Shown: one piece after another, positions 18,056-27,446 of the stretch
Layout: the number at the start of each line of letters is the position of its first letter
Numbering within the stretch: the stretch's first letter is position 1
Origin: Patescibacteria group bacterium
GTDB taxonomy: Bacteria; Patescibacteriota; Microgenomatia; JAMCZE01
NCBI GenBank assembly: GCA_023380635.1
Contig: JAMCRP010000002.1
Location: 108,093 to 172,092, forward strand
Reading direction: 5' to 3'
DNA length: 64,000 nt
The notes under the pieces: generated by a model
What the model saw: the letters and a program-made list of their open reading frames with translations, nothing else
What the model was told of the DNA's origin: nothing
The model's database searches: none
Position numbers and translations under genes: made by a program

Positions 18056-18376
18056 ATGATTTACGCTTTTTTGGCTATCGTTTCAGTTTTTCTCCAGGCC
18101 ATTACCCCGGTTTTGAATTTGCCGGTCCTGGTTGTCATCTGGGCAGCAGGCACAAAAGTGAATGCCGGAAAAGCCTACCTGTTAGCTTTTGGCACGGGGC
18201 TTTTGGGCGATCTGCTCCTGGGTAATCAGCTGGGGGTGTTGGCCGGGGCCTATCTTCTGTTTGTCCTGGCAGTTTACCTGTTCAAATCCCGGTTTCCGTT
18301 TAACGGCTGGTCACTTTTAATCTTTCTAATCGTTTCCCAGGTGATTTTCTTTTATGCTCGGGCATTTATTGGGTGA
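18056..18376 (+). CDS. mreD: Rod shape-determining protein MreD-like membrane protein
   Basis: Small multi-TM protein between mreC and PBP2. Confidence 0.55.
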   Translation: MIYAFLAIVSVFLQAITPVLNLPVLVVIWAAGTKVNAGKAYLLAFGTGLLGDLLLGNQLGVLAGAYLLFVLAVYLFKSRFPFNGWSLLIFLIVSQVIFFYARAFIG

Positions 18377-20036
18377 TTCCATTAGCCGGACTGACCGGCG
18401 AACCGGTCTGGGGCGAAAACAGACGGCGGATAATTTCGGCAGCGACCATGGCGGCAGCTTCCGTTTGATCGGGGTTCAGTTGCTGGCAGCAGCGGCTTTT
18501 TTGTGGCTTCTGGCCACCCTGGTAAAAACGCAAATTTTTGCCGGGGAATACTACCGTGATTTGGCTGCCCAAAACCATCTCCGGGAAGTGCCGATTCACG
18601 CTCCGCGGGGCATTATTTTTGACCGTAACGGCACGTCGCTGACCGCTAATCTACCCTCTTTCCGGTTTAATAACCAGACCATTTCCAAGGATCAGGCCAT
18701 TGTTCTGGAAGCGGAAGGGAAACAGCCGGAAGTAGACTCGGTGCGGTCCTATCTTAAAGGAGCGGCGTTTGCTCATTTATTGGGATATGTTTCGGAAGAC
18801 AGCGTTTCGGCCGGCTACAAAATCGGCCAGGGCGGAGTAGAAGAAACTTATCAGGATAGGCTGAAAGGAACGGACGGGAAGGAATTAATTGAAGTGGATG
18901 CGGTGGGCAAAAAAATCCGGACTATTTCCACAGTCCCGCCGACACCCGGGGAAAATTTAACTTTAACCATTGACGCTCCTCTTCAGGAAGCGGCTTATAC
19001 CGCCTTAGGCAACAAACCGGGAGCGGTGGTGGCCGCTAACCCCAAGACAGGGGAAATTCTGGCCCTGGTTAGCAGCCCGTCTTTTGACCCGAATGTGTTT
19101 ACGGATTATTCTCTATCAGAATCAGAGCGCTCGGCAGACATTTCCGGACTATTTTCTGACCCGAATGAGCCCATATTTAATCGTGCAATTAGCGGAACAT
19201 TTCCCCCGGGGTCCACTTTTAAAATAGTTACCGCGACGGCTGCCCTGGAAACAGGAGCAATAACTGCAGCTACCCAGGTTGAGGATACCGGCGAGCTGGT
19301 CGTGGGCCCCTATAAATTTCCAAACTGGAAATGGCTGCAGGATGGAGGAACCCAGGGCGTGCTTGATGTTGTCGGGGCTATTCAAAAAAGTAACGACATT
19401 TTTTTCTACCGGGCCGGAGAGTGGACGGGAGTGGATCAGCTCATGGCCTGGGCGAAGCGTTTTGGGTTGGGGAAGAAGCTGGGAATTGACTTGCCGGGAG
19501 AAGCAGCCGGGCTGATACCCGACCTTGCCTGGCGGGAAGAGAATGCCCGCAACTGGTATCTGGGCGACACTTATCACGCCGCTATCGGCCAGGGAGATAT
19601 TCTTGTCACCCCTTTGCAGGATAATGCCTGGACCAATGTTGTGGCCAACGGAGGCAAGCTTTGTACCCCGCATGTACTTCAAATTCCAAATTCCAAATCC
19701 CAAATTCTAAACTGCAGGGATTTAGGGATTAAACAAAGTACCATTGATCTCATAAAAAAAGGCATGGAGGCAGCCTGCGCGCCGGGGGGAACGGCTTATC
19801 CGATGTATGATTTTCAGGTAAACGGCAAGCCCGTGCCAACGGCTTGCAAAACCGGAACGGCGGAATACGGCGATCCAAAATTGGGCAAGACTCACGGCTG
19901 GCTGACGATTTACGCGCCGGTTGATGACCCTACTATCTCGGTCACGGTTTTAGTAGAAGGCGGCGGAGAAGGTTCGGATGTGGCCGCGCCGGTGGCCAAA
20001 AAAATCCTTCAAGAGTGGTTTAACAGTAATGACTGA
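18354..20036 (+). CDS. mrdA: Penicillin-binding protein 2 (peptidoglycan D,D-transpeptidase)
   Basis: STFKIVTATAALE (SxxK), SND (SxN) and KTGTAE (KTG) motifs, plus an N-terminal TM. Exact start ambiguous; the ORF overlaps mreD by 23 nt. Contains in-frame heptamers encoding QIPNSKSQILN. Confidence 0.85.
   Translation: MLGHLLGDSISRTDRRTGLGRKQTADNFGSDHGGSFRLIGVQLLAAAAFLWLLATLVKTQIFAGEYYRDLAAQNHLREVPIHAPRGIIFDRNGTSLTANLPSFRFNNQTISKDQAIVLEAEGKQPEVDSVRSYLKGAAFAHLLGYVSEDSVSAGYKIGQGGVEETYQDRLKGTDGKELIEVDAVGKKIRTISTVPPTPGENLTLTIDAPLQEAAYTALGNKPGAVVAANPKTGEILALVSSPSFDPNVFTDYSLSESERSADISGLFSDPNEPIFNRAISGTFPPGSTFKIVTATAALETGAITAATQVEDTGELVVGPYKFPNWKWLQDGGTQGVLDVVGAIQKSNDIFFYRAGEWTGVDQLMAWAKRFGLGKKLGIDLPGEAAGLIPDLAWREENARNWYLGDTYHAAIGQGDILVTPLQDNAWTNVVANGGKLCTPHVLQIPNSKSQILNCRDLGIKQSTIDLIKKGMEAACAPGGTAYPMYDFQVNGKPVPTACKTGTAEYGDPKLGKTHGWLTIYAPVDDPTISVTVLVEGGGEGSDVAAPVAKKILQEWFNSND
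19677..19712. repeat. Tandem heptamer (CAAATTC)x~4, in frame inside the PBP2 gene
   Basis: cttcaaattccaaattccaaatcccaaattctaaac, read directly. Confidence 0.9.
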
Positions 20037-21147
20037 AGAGGAGAAATATCTGGTAGCCTTTAGCACTGTAATCGGCATCGGTTCGGCCAGGTTGTCGTTG
20101 CTTTTAAAATATTTCGGTAGCGCGGAAAAAGCCTGGAAGGCAACGGAAGAAGACTTAAAACAAACTCACCTGCCAAAAGACGCGTTAATCGAACTTCTTA
20201 ATCAGAGGAAAATATTAAAATTAGACCAATATATTGAGAACCTGGAGAAAAGCGGAATAAAATTTCTCACAATTCATAGTCCGGACTACCCTAAGCGGTT
20301 AAGAATTATTCCTGATCCGCCGAATATCCTTTACATCAGAAGTAAACTGGCAGGAGAGCAGGTAAGCAGGATAGTGGAAAATAAAACTATTGGCGTCGTC
20401 GGGACAAGAAAAATTACGCAGTACGGGAAAGAAGTAACGAAGGAACTAACGGCGGGACTGGTAAGCGCCGGGTTCACGATTGTGTCAGGTATGGCACTTG
20501 GGGTAGATGGGGTGGCCCATGGTACGACCCTGAACTGCGGCGGAGTAACAATTGCGGTTCTCGGTGTCGGCGTAGATGTCATTTATCCCAAAGAGCATAC
20601 GGAACTTTATTATCAAATAATTGAATCCGGAGGAGCCATTGTTTCGGAAGTGGCACCAGAAAAGCATGTCATTCGCGGTGTTTTTCCGGCCCGAAATCGG
20701 ATTATTTCCGGGCTTTCCCAGGCGGTTTTGGTGACCGAAGGGGCGATTGACTCGGGCAGTCTGATTACGGCCCGGGCGGCTTTGGATCAGGGTCGGGAAG
20801 TGTTTGCCGTGCCCGGGCCGATCAACTCGCCGATGGCGCAAGGGACCAACTACCTTCTTAAACAGGGAGCAAAGCTGGTGACCGGGGTGGAGGATATTTT
20901 ACAGGAACTTGGCTATACAGACGCTGACAAGCGCGGGCAGACGCTGGCTGATATAAGTAAGCAAATACCGACGGGAGGTACGCGGGAAGAACAGGCGGTT
21001 ATTGATCTGCTGGTTAACGAACCGATGGAGTTTGATGATTTAATAAAAAAGAGCGGTTTAGAGGCAGCGCGATTAGGGGCAGTTTTGACAAATTTAGAAC
21101 TGGGAGGGAAAATTCACGCTTGCGGACTAAGATATAGTCTGCAATAG
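20029..21147 (+). CDS. dprA: DNA processing protein DprA (Smf)
   Basis: LGVDGVAHGTTLNCGGVTIAVLGVGVDVIYPKEH, the Rossmann-like DprA core, with the conserved dprA-topA arrangement. Confidence 0.85.
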   Translation: MTEEEKYLVAFSTVIGIGSARLSLLLKYFGSAEKAWKATEEDLKQTHLPKDALIELLNQRKILKLDQYIENLEKSGIKFLTIHSPDYPKRLRIIPDPPNILYIRSKLAGEQVSRIVENKTIGVVGTRKITQYGKEVTKELTAGLVSAGFTIVSGMALGVDGVAHGTTLNCGGVTIAVLGVGVDVIYPKEHTELYYQIIESGGAIVSEVAPEKHVIRGVFPARNRIISGLSQAVLVTEGAIDSGSLITARAALDQGREVFAVPGPINSPMAQGTNYLLKQGAKLVTGVEDILQELGYTDADKRGQTLADISKQIPTGGTREEQAVIDLLVNEPMEFDDLIKKSGLEAARLGAVLTNLELGGKIHACGLRYSLQ

Positions 21148-21157
21148 TTAAAAGAAC

Positions 21158-23134
21158 ATGGACTTGATAATTGTCGAATCACCAACCAAAGCCCGGACGC
21201 TTTCAAGGTTTTTGGGCAGCGGATATCAACTGGAAGCCTCGATGGGTCATGTCCGGGATTTGCCGGAAAAACGGTTGGGAATTGATCCGGAGCATGATTT
21301 CGCTCCGGAGTATGTCGTGTCGCCGGATAAAAAAGAGAAAGTAAAAGAACTGCAGACGGCGGCGGCCAAAGCGGAAAAGATTATTCTGGCCACCGATCCA
21401 GACCGGGAAGGAGAAGCCATTGCGTGGCATATAAACGAAATAATAACTAAGAAACAAGAAACAAGAAACAAGATCGAGCGGATAACTTTTCATGAAATAA
21501 CCGAATCGGCCATTAAAGAAGCCTTGGCTCATCCGGGACAGATTAATATGCCGCTGGTGGATGCTCAACAGGCGCGGCGGATACTTGACAGACTGGTGGG
21601 TTATAAATTGTCACCGCTCCTGTGGCGCAAAATTCGCCGGGGACTGTCAGCAGGCCGGGTGCAAAGCGTGGCTGTCCGGCTGATCGTTGAACGCGAGCGG
21701 GAAATTCAGGCGTTTAAGCCGGTAGAGTATTGGGAAATACTGGCGAAACTCCAAACTCCAAATTCCAAATTCCAAAGTGAATTTGAAGCAAAATTAATTA
21801 AGCAGGAAATAAAAAATAAAGAAGAAGCGGATAAAATAGTCGGCGAGTTGCGGGGGGCGCAGTATCAAGTCACGGATATCCAGTCTAAAGAAGTAAAACG
21901 CAATCCCTACCCGCCGTTTACGACCTCGACAATGCAGCAGGCAGCATCCAATCTTTTTGGCTGGAGTGCCAAACGGACGATGCAGATTGCCCAAAACCTT
22001 TACGAGCGCGGTCTTATTACTTACCACCGGACTGACTCTACTAATTTAGCCATTGAAGCGGTTAACGCGGTTAGGGCTTACATTAATAAAAGTTTCGGCG
22101 AAAGGTATTTGCCGGAAACTCTCCGGTTTTACAAAACTAAATCCAAGGTAGCCCAGGAAGCTCACGAAGCTATCAGGCCGACCAATGTTGAACGGCCGGA
22201 GATTACCGAAGAAGGCATTGATAAGGAACAGAAAAGACTTTACGAATTAATCTGGAAACGGTTTGTGGCTTGTCAAATGGCCGAAAGTCTTTACAAACAG
22301 TCAACCGTGGATGTCACCGCCGGAAATTACACACTTCGGGCTAACGGCAGCAAAATTTTGTTCGAAGGCTGGCAAAAACTGTTTGGTAAATCCGCCCAAG
22401 GCGGGGAAGAAGGTGATGAAGAAACAATTTTGCCGGAATTGTCTGTAGGCGATATTCTCCGGTTGCTCGGTCTGACACCTTCCCAGCATTTTACCGAACC
22501 GCCGGCAAGATACACCGAAGCATCTCTAATTAAAGCCCTGGAAGAATACGGGATCGGCCGGCCAAGCACTTATGCGCCGATTATTTCCACCATTCAGGAT
22601 CGGCAATATGTGGAAAAAGAAGATAAAAAACTGCTCCCGACGGCCCTCGGGATGGCGGTTAACGACTTTTTAATGGCGAATTTTGCCAACATCATGGACT
22701 ACAAGTTCACGGCCGGGATGGAAGACCAACTGGATGAGATTGCCAACGGCGAAAAACAATGGGTGCCGGTGATCCGGGAATTTTATGAACCGTTTAATAA
22801 ACAGCTGGGCGGGGTAACTGAAACGGCGGCCCGGGTAAAAGTCGAGGTAGAAACGACTGAGGAAAAATGCCCCAATGACGGCGCGCCGCTGGTGGTGCGG
22901 ATTGGCCGATTTGGCAAGTTCCTGGCCTGCAGCAAATTCCCGGACTGCAAGTTTACCAAGCCCTATGCCAAAATTACGGGGATTAAATGTCCCAAGTGCG
23001 GCGGAGATGTAATAATGAAACGAACTAAAAAGAAAAAGAGTTTCTATGGCTGCAGCAATTACCCGAAATGCGATTTTGCTTCCTGGACGAAGCCAAAGAC
23101 AGAGAACCAGACACCAGTCAGTGTCGGCAAATAG
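21158..23134 (+). CDS. topA: DNA topoisomerase I
   Basis: MDLIIVESPTKARTLSRFLG Toprim N-terminus, an active-site Tyr region, and C-terminal C4 zinc ribbons (CPNDGAP..C, CPKCGG..C). Two in-frame repeat insertions (KKQETRNK and QTPNSKFQSEF). Confidence 0.9.
   Translation: MDLIIVESPTKARTLSRFLGSGYQLEASMGHVRDLPEKRLGIDPEHDFAPEYVVSPDKKEKVKELQTAAAKAEKIILATDPDREGEAIAWHINEIITKKQETRNKIERITFHEITESAIKEALAHPGQINMPLVDAQQARRILDRLVGYKLSPLLWRKIRRGLSAGRVQSVAVRLIVEREREIQAFKPVEYWEILAKLQTPNSKFQSEFEAKLIKQEIKNKEEADKIVGELRGAQYQVTDIQSKEVKRNPYPPFTTSTMQQAASNLFGWSAKRTMQIAQNLYERGLITYHRTDSTNLAIEAVNAVRAYINKSFGERYLPETLRFYKTKSKVAQEAHEAIRPTNVERPEITEEGIDKEQKRLYELIWKRFVACQMAESLYKQSTVDVTAGNYTLRANGSKILFEGWQKLFGKSAQGGEEGDEETILPELSVGDILRLLGLTPSQHFTEPPARYTEASLIKALEEYGIGRPSTYAPIISTIQDRQYVEKEDKKLLPTALGMAVNDFLMANFANIMDYKFTAGMEDQLDEIANGEKQWVPVIREFYEPFNKQLGGVTETAARVKVEVETTEEKCPNDGAPLVVRIGRFGKFLACSKFPDCKFTKPYAKITGIKCPKCGGDVIMKRTKKKKSFYGCSNYPKCDFASWTKPKTENQTPVSVGK
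21449..21473. repeat. Tandem heptamer (AAGAAAC)x3.5, in frame inside topA
   Basis: aagaaacaagaaacaagaaacaag, read directly; related to the dispersed AAGAAACAAGATACAAG motif. Confidence 0.85.
21751..21776. repeat. Tandem heptamer (CAAAYTC)x~3.5, in frame inside topA
   Basis: ccaaactccaaattccaaattccaaag, read directly. Confidence 0.85.
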
Positions 23135-23416
23135 TAATTTTGCTCCAGTTTGATCTCTTGAACGGATTCTGTTTTTTTTGATATGTTCTATACATGCTAC
23201 AGTTATGCCCCGAGCGAAAAGTGAAAAAAATTCCTCTGGGAAATCGCGGCGACCCGATTCCTACCAGCAAAGCCGTAGACTACATTCAACATGGCGTTAA
23301 CGCTCGAGATCTGACTTCAAGTGTTTTTGATGAGCCTGGAGGGCAGTGCCGTGATTGTATTGTGACTAATTGTCCCAATCGAGTAGGTAAAAGCGTTATT
23401 CCTCAGCCCTCAAACC

Positions 23417-23842
23417 ATGAAGGTCAAAATCAAACGGTTTGATAAATCTTTGCCCCTGCCTGAATACAAAACCGCCGGAGCGGTTGCATTTGACTTACCG
23501 GTTAGAAATGAAGAGGTTATTGCTCCCGGCGAAGTGAAACTGGTGGCCACGGGTTTAGGGCTCAAAATTCCTAAAGGTTATTTCTTATGGATCGCCCCGC
23601 GCAGCTCAACTTTGTTAAAGCATCATCTTTTGGCCTCAGCGGGGGTTATCGATCAGGATTACTGCGGCAATGAGGACGAAATTCATGTTCAGATAATTAA
23701 TGTCAGCCGGGAGCCGGTAAAAATCGAACGAGGCTGGCGCTTGGCCCAGGGTATTTTTGTCAAATTTTCTAAATTTGAATTTACTGAAGTCCGGGTAATG
23801 ACAAATAAATCCCGCGGAGGTTTCGGGACAACCGGACACTAG
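23417..23842 (+). CDS. dut: dUTP diphosphatase
   Basis: AGAVAFDL, GVIDQDYCGNEDEIHV and a C-terminal RGGFGTTG, covering dUTPase motifs 1 to 5. Confidence 0.85.
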   Translation: MKVKIKRFDKSLPLPEYKTAGAVAFDLPVRNEEVIAPGEVKLVATGLGLKIPKGYFLWIAPRSSTLLKHHLLASAGVIDQDYCGNEDEIHVQIINVSREPVKIERGWRLAQGIFVKFSKFEFTEVRVMTNKSRGGFGTTGH

Positions 23843-23865
23843 GGTCTTGTAACTTCCAGACCAAT

Positions 23866-24849
23866 TTGTTATTTTGCAAAGAAGAAAATTTCTGCCTCAT
23901 TTTGGCTATGGCTTTAAGTCCTGACCGTTATACATTTAAAAATCAAACTTCAGAAGGTGAAGTGACCGTTAAGAACGGTATTTCTGAGCTTTGGATGCTT
24001 TCGTCCGCGCAGCAGGAAGGAATTCTGGCTCAGGCAATGGTTCGTTGGGAACAGTGTAATGGAATGACTTTTGAGTCATTGGGAATTAAAATCACGGCTG
24101 CAGATTTAGTCAGGCCAAATAATCTATATCCCAGCTCGAGACTAAACGACCGGGATATTTTATCTGCTCTGGTCACCGGCACTTTGGAGCTTTATCCATC
24201 GGAGGCAATTAAAAACCTAACTAAAAATGGTATTGATGTTGGTATTTGGGATGGAGTTTTCGGCAGCCCGGGGCATTATTATGTTCAGGATCATGATAAC
24301 GAAGTCTTAATTATTAATCCCGGAGATCGGGAACACATTAGTAAGCTTTGGAAAGGTCCGAAGGAAATTCAAAGAGTCAGGCAATTACATTTGCCAAGAA
24401 TAGACTATGATTGCACTCTTAATGATCATGATGGCGGCATAATCATGGAGTTTGCGGTGGCTCACTTGTTTGGAATTTGGCCGGCAATTCGCATGACGGA
24501 TTTGAACGCGTCTCTGGAAACCAGATCAAATGCCGGGCGATGGTGCCAAGCCGGTGCTGTAAATTCCGTTACTGCCCAGCAGGGATTTACAGGAGTGATT
24601 ACCGCCGAAGCGACGAGTTACGCCCAAAAACCCGAGGTCTGGGGCACAAGCTGGCTGCCTTACCAGTTCATGTTTAATTATGTCCAGCCTGGTTTAAACA
24701 GAGAATATACGCGAACTTTCAGTGACGCACCGGTTAAAACTGCTGAAGAGGCAGCCAGAGATTTCAGACCGGAAATGATGCTGCCACGACTCATGAAAAG
24801 GCAAAGATCGGTAATTTCTTTCCCAATAAGCAACAATGGACATCACTGA
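23866..24849 (+). CDS. Hypothetical protein (translationally coupled to the thymidylate-synthase-family gene)
   Basis: 327-aa ORF with no motif I can assign. Its stop overlaps the next start by 14 nt. Confidence 0.5.
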   Translation: MLFCKEENFCLILAMALSPDRYTFKNQTSEGEVTVKNGISELWMLSSAQQEGILAQAMVRWEQCNGMTFESLGIKITAADLVRPNNLYPSSRLNDRDILSALVTGTLELYPSEAIKNLTKNGIDVGIWDGVFGSPGHYYVQDHDNEVLIINPGDREHISKLWKGPKEIQRVRQLHLPRIDYDCTLNDHDGGIIMEFAVAHLFGIWPAIRMTDLNASLETRSNAGRWCQAGAVNSVTAQQGFTGVITAEATSYAQKPEVWGTSWLPYQFMFNYVQPGLNREYTRTFSDAPVKTAEEAARDFRPEMMLPRLMKRQRSVISFPISNNGHH

Positions 24850-26329
24850 AGCCCCAACCAGAGAGAAATTTGACGGAACAATTAAACCTTACTACTTTGA
24901 AATTAACCTAGCAGTGGGCGGTCGGCCTGACATTGGTTTGGCAACACTTTGGACTGCCCGGGGCCAGCTCGACAAAAAATTAGATTCGTCAAACTATGGT
25001 TTACGCGGACCTTTATATTCTGAAGCCGGCGCCGAGTGGCTGGTTCGGGATGTTTTGGCGAATCCTTCAATCCGAACTGTAGTTTTTTCAGGAGCTAATG
25101 CCAATGATTCCTATAAGGGGTTGTTAGCGGTCAAAAACAACGGCATAAACTCTGACGGTGAAGTCCTGGGGTTAGTTGGTCCTGATGGAAAACCAGCGGT
25201 GAAATTTGCCCAGCCAGGCTTAAGTCAAGAAGCGGTTGATTTATTTAGAAATAATGTTGAGGTAGTTAATATGCTTGGGGAAAACTGGGAAGTGGTGCAA
25301 CGAAGGATTCAAGAAATTCCTGCCAGGTCACCGTTCATGTCTGAAAGGCTTCTTTTTCCAAAAGTAGCTTTTGAAGCAGAGAGGCTGCCGGGAGAAAGAA
25401 TCGGTGTTAGGGTTGAGCGGGAAAGAATTGCTGATGCCTGGGTGGAATTGCTGGCAAAAATAAGGCGTGAAGGAGTTATTAAAAATTCGGATAAAGGTCA
25501 AAAAATCCAAGAATTGGCAAGTTTAAGTGTCATTATTCATGAGGATCCGGAAACTCTCTTGGAAAAAATCCCTGGATGGTTTCCGATTAGCCGAGCGAAA
25601 ATCGAACAGTATCTTCCCCAAATGTTGGACAAGACACCACCCGAAGGAGTGAATATGGCCTACACATATGGAGCTAAGATGCAAAATTATGAGGGTTTAG
25701 ACCAGCTTCAAGAGTGTGTAAATCTAATTAAATCGGAACTGGATACGAAAAGAGCTTATGTTACTACTTGGCACTTACCTAATAATCTCATTGATCAAGT
25801 GGCCTCGGCGCCCTGCCTGACGGATGTCAACTTGCTGGTTCAGGACAGGCAACTCTTAATGGTCGCGCACTTTCGCAGTAATGATATGGTTCGGGCTTGG
25901 CCGTTAAATGCTTATGGTCTTCGGGCTCTTCAAGGAAAATTGGCAAAAGAAATCGGGATCAGCGCCGGGCCTTTGGAAATTAAATCTAATTCGGCGCACA
26001 TTTGGGAAGAAACAGCTCCCCAAGCCGACGATATTATAAAAAGTCAATATAAACGAGTTCGGTTGCTTTGGCAGGAGGACCCGCGAGGAAACTTTATTAT
26101 TGCTGTTAACGACAAGAGCAGATTAATAGAGGTCTATCACTTAGATAGAAGTGGCAACATGACTGGAAAAGCTTTTAAAGGCACCGAAGCCCGAGAGCTT
26201 TATAAAGAGATTATTGATGAGCAAGATTTGGTCTCCATGCCCAATCATGCAGCCTATCTGGTTGACCAGTTACATCTGGCCGAGCAATGTTTAAGAACCG
26301 GAGTGCCGTTTATTCAGGAAGAAGCTTAA
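24836..26329 (+). CDS. Thymidylate synthase-family protein with an extra ~185-aa N-terminal domain and ~85-aa C-terminal extension
   Basis: Central region aligns by eye to the ThyA core. WVELLAKIRREG matches YLELMQKVLDEG, YGAKMQNYEG matches YGKQWR, ASAPCLTD carries the PC nucleophile (followed by L, not H), FRSNDMVRAWPLNAYGL matches QRSCDVFLGLPFNIASY, and AHIWEE matches THLYSN. The Asn in PLNAY predicts a uracil-ring substrate. Confidence 0.7.
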   Translation: MDITEAPTREKFDGTIKPYYFEINLAVGGRPDIGLATLWTARGQLDKKLDSSNYGLRGPLYSEAGAEWLVRDVLANPSIRTVVFSGANANDSYKGLLAVKNNGINSDGEVLGLVGPDGKPAVKFAQPGLSQEAVDLFRNNVEVVNMLGENWEVVQRRIQEIPARSPFMSERLLFPKVAFEAERLPGERIGVRVERERIADAWVELLAKIRREGVIKNSDKGQKIQELASLSVIIHEDPETLLEKIPGWFPISRAKIEQYLPQMLDKTPPEGVNMAYTYGAKMQNYEGLDQLQECVNLIKSELDTKRAYVTTWHLPNNLIDQVASAPCLTDVNLLVQDRQLLMVAHFRSNDMVRAWPLNAYGLRALQGKLAKEIGISAGPLEIKSNSAHIWEETAPQADDIIKSQYKRVRLLWQEDPRGNFIIAVNDKSRLIEVYHLDRSGNMTGKAFKGTEARELYKEIIDEQDLVSMPNHAAYLVDQLHLAEQCLRTGVPFIQEEA

Positions 26330-26923
26330 TTAGAAAGGCAAATCTTCTTTATCTTCCTCATTATCGGGGCGGCGGTACCAGTCAGAAAAATTTCTTTCCA
26401 AGTCTAGCCTAATTCGATCACCGTTTTGGCCATGACGGGCCAGTTTCACTACATCTCCCCAATCAACAGTTAACAGTCTGACCCGCATATCTTTTAAGGG
26501 GATAATCCGCCGGTCTTTACTGCCATTGATGAAACTGTGGGGCCGGTATCGGCTGATGGCTGTCTGGGGTTTGCTGGGCGAGAAGAGTTCCTCAAGGTGG
26601 TCACCAAAAGCTTTGCGTTTCAGTTCCCGGGATTTGCCTAAAACTTGCCGAGCAGTGGGGCGGTAGCGCACCATACCTTTTTCTCTCTTAACATAATCAC
26701 GGACACAGTGAACAACGACTCCATAATCAGTTTCATAAATTCCGAGTGATTTTAGAGACTGGTAGTAACTAGCCAGCCAAAGGAGTTTAATTACCTCGCC
26801 GGCTGCCGGTTCCTCGGCAGATCGCTTTTCCAGGGCTTTTAGAATTTCCAGATTTTTATCTTTTTCCCAGGTGACAATTTTGGTTGCGTGATCATTCGGA
26901 ATTTCTGGAGATTTTGAGGCCAT
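26330..26923 (-). CDS. Hypothetical protein
   Basis: ORF downstream of and overlapping the NUDIX gene on the minus strand; start placed at MASKSPEIP. No family recognised. Confidence 0.45.
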   Translation of the reverse strand: MASKSPEIPNDHATKIVTWEKDKNLEILKALEKRSAEEPAAGEVIKLLWLASYYQSLKSLGIYETDYGVVVHCVRDYVKREKGMVRYRPTARQVLGKSRELKRKAFGDHLEELFSPSKPQTAISRYRPHSFINGSKDRRIIPLKDMRVRLLTVDWGDVVKLARHGQNGDRIRLDLERNFSDWYRRPDNEEDKEDLPF

Positions 26924-26954
26924 GGCGTCATTATCCGGCCGGATTTTTGGGTTA

Positions 26955-27407
26955 TCAAGAATGATTAATTGTATCAATCTGTCTTAGCAGTCGCGACAGA
27001 AAATCTTTTTGGGCGGGGAGAATAATTTTTTCCGCTTCCTGTAGCGTAAAGTATCCGCCTTTATCAATTTCCGGCCAGCCGAATTTAGTTTTGTTGCTGA
27101 CCAGTTTTGCCGGGTCGAAGCTACCATCTTCAAAGGCCCAGGCAAAAATATTTTTTCCGTTAGGATAGGTAACAGATCCAAGTTCCGAATAGACATTTTC
27201 AGGTCTTAACACAATTCCTGTTTCTTCAGAAAATTCCCGTTTTGCCGTTTCCAATAAGTCTTCATTATCGTGCCGCTGGCCTTTGGGAATTCCCCAACAA
27301 TCAACTCGTCGGGCAAAAAACGGTCCGCCGGGATGAACGAGAAAAACCTCCAGCCGGCTATTTCTATAACGGTACATTAATAATCCGACACTCACTTTGC
27401 TTGCCAT
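26955..27407 (-). CDS. NUDIX hydrolase
   Basis: Nudix box GIPKGQRHDNEDLLETAKREFSEETGI (Gx5Ex7REuxEExGu). Start uncertain, M16 or M18 of the ORF. Confidence 0.75.
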   Translation of the reverse strand: MASKVSVGLLMYRYRNSRLEVFLVHPGGPFFARRVDCWGIPKGQRHDNEDLLETAKREFSEETGIVLRPENVYSELGSVTYPNGKNIFAWAFEDGSFDPAKLVSNKTKFGWPEIDKGGYFTLQEAEKIILPAQKDFLSRLLRQIDTINHS

Positions 27408-27446
27408 CTTCATACAGTTTATCACTGATAATGCTAAAATTGCTTC

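Noticed and set aside
23194-23442. 82-aa ORF overlapping the dut start
   Set aside because: It overlaps the well-supported dut start by 26 nt in another frame, has no motif and no RBS. It is treated as part of the dut leader.
24836-25390. N-terminal domain of the TS-family protein as a fused DHFR (DHFR-TS as in protists)
   Set aside because: None of the DHFR signatures is present (GRKTWES, VIGG, the PWxLPxD region). The weak resemblance of INLAVGGRPDIGL to the DHFR N-terminus is insufficient.
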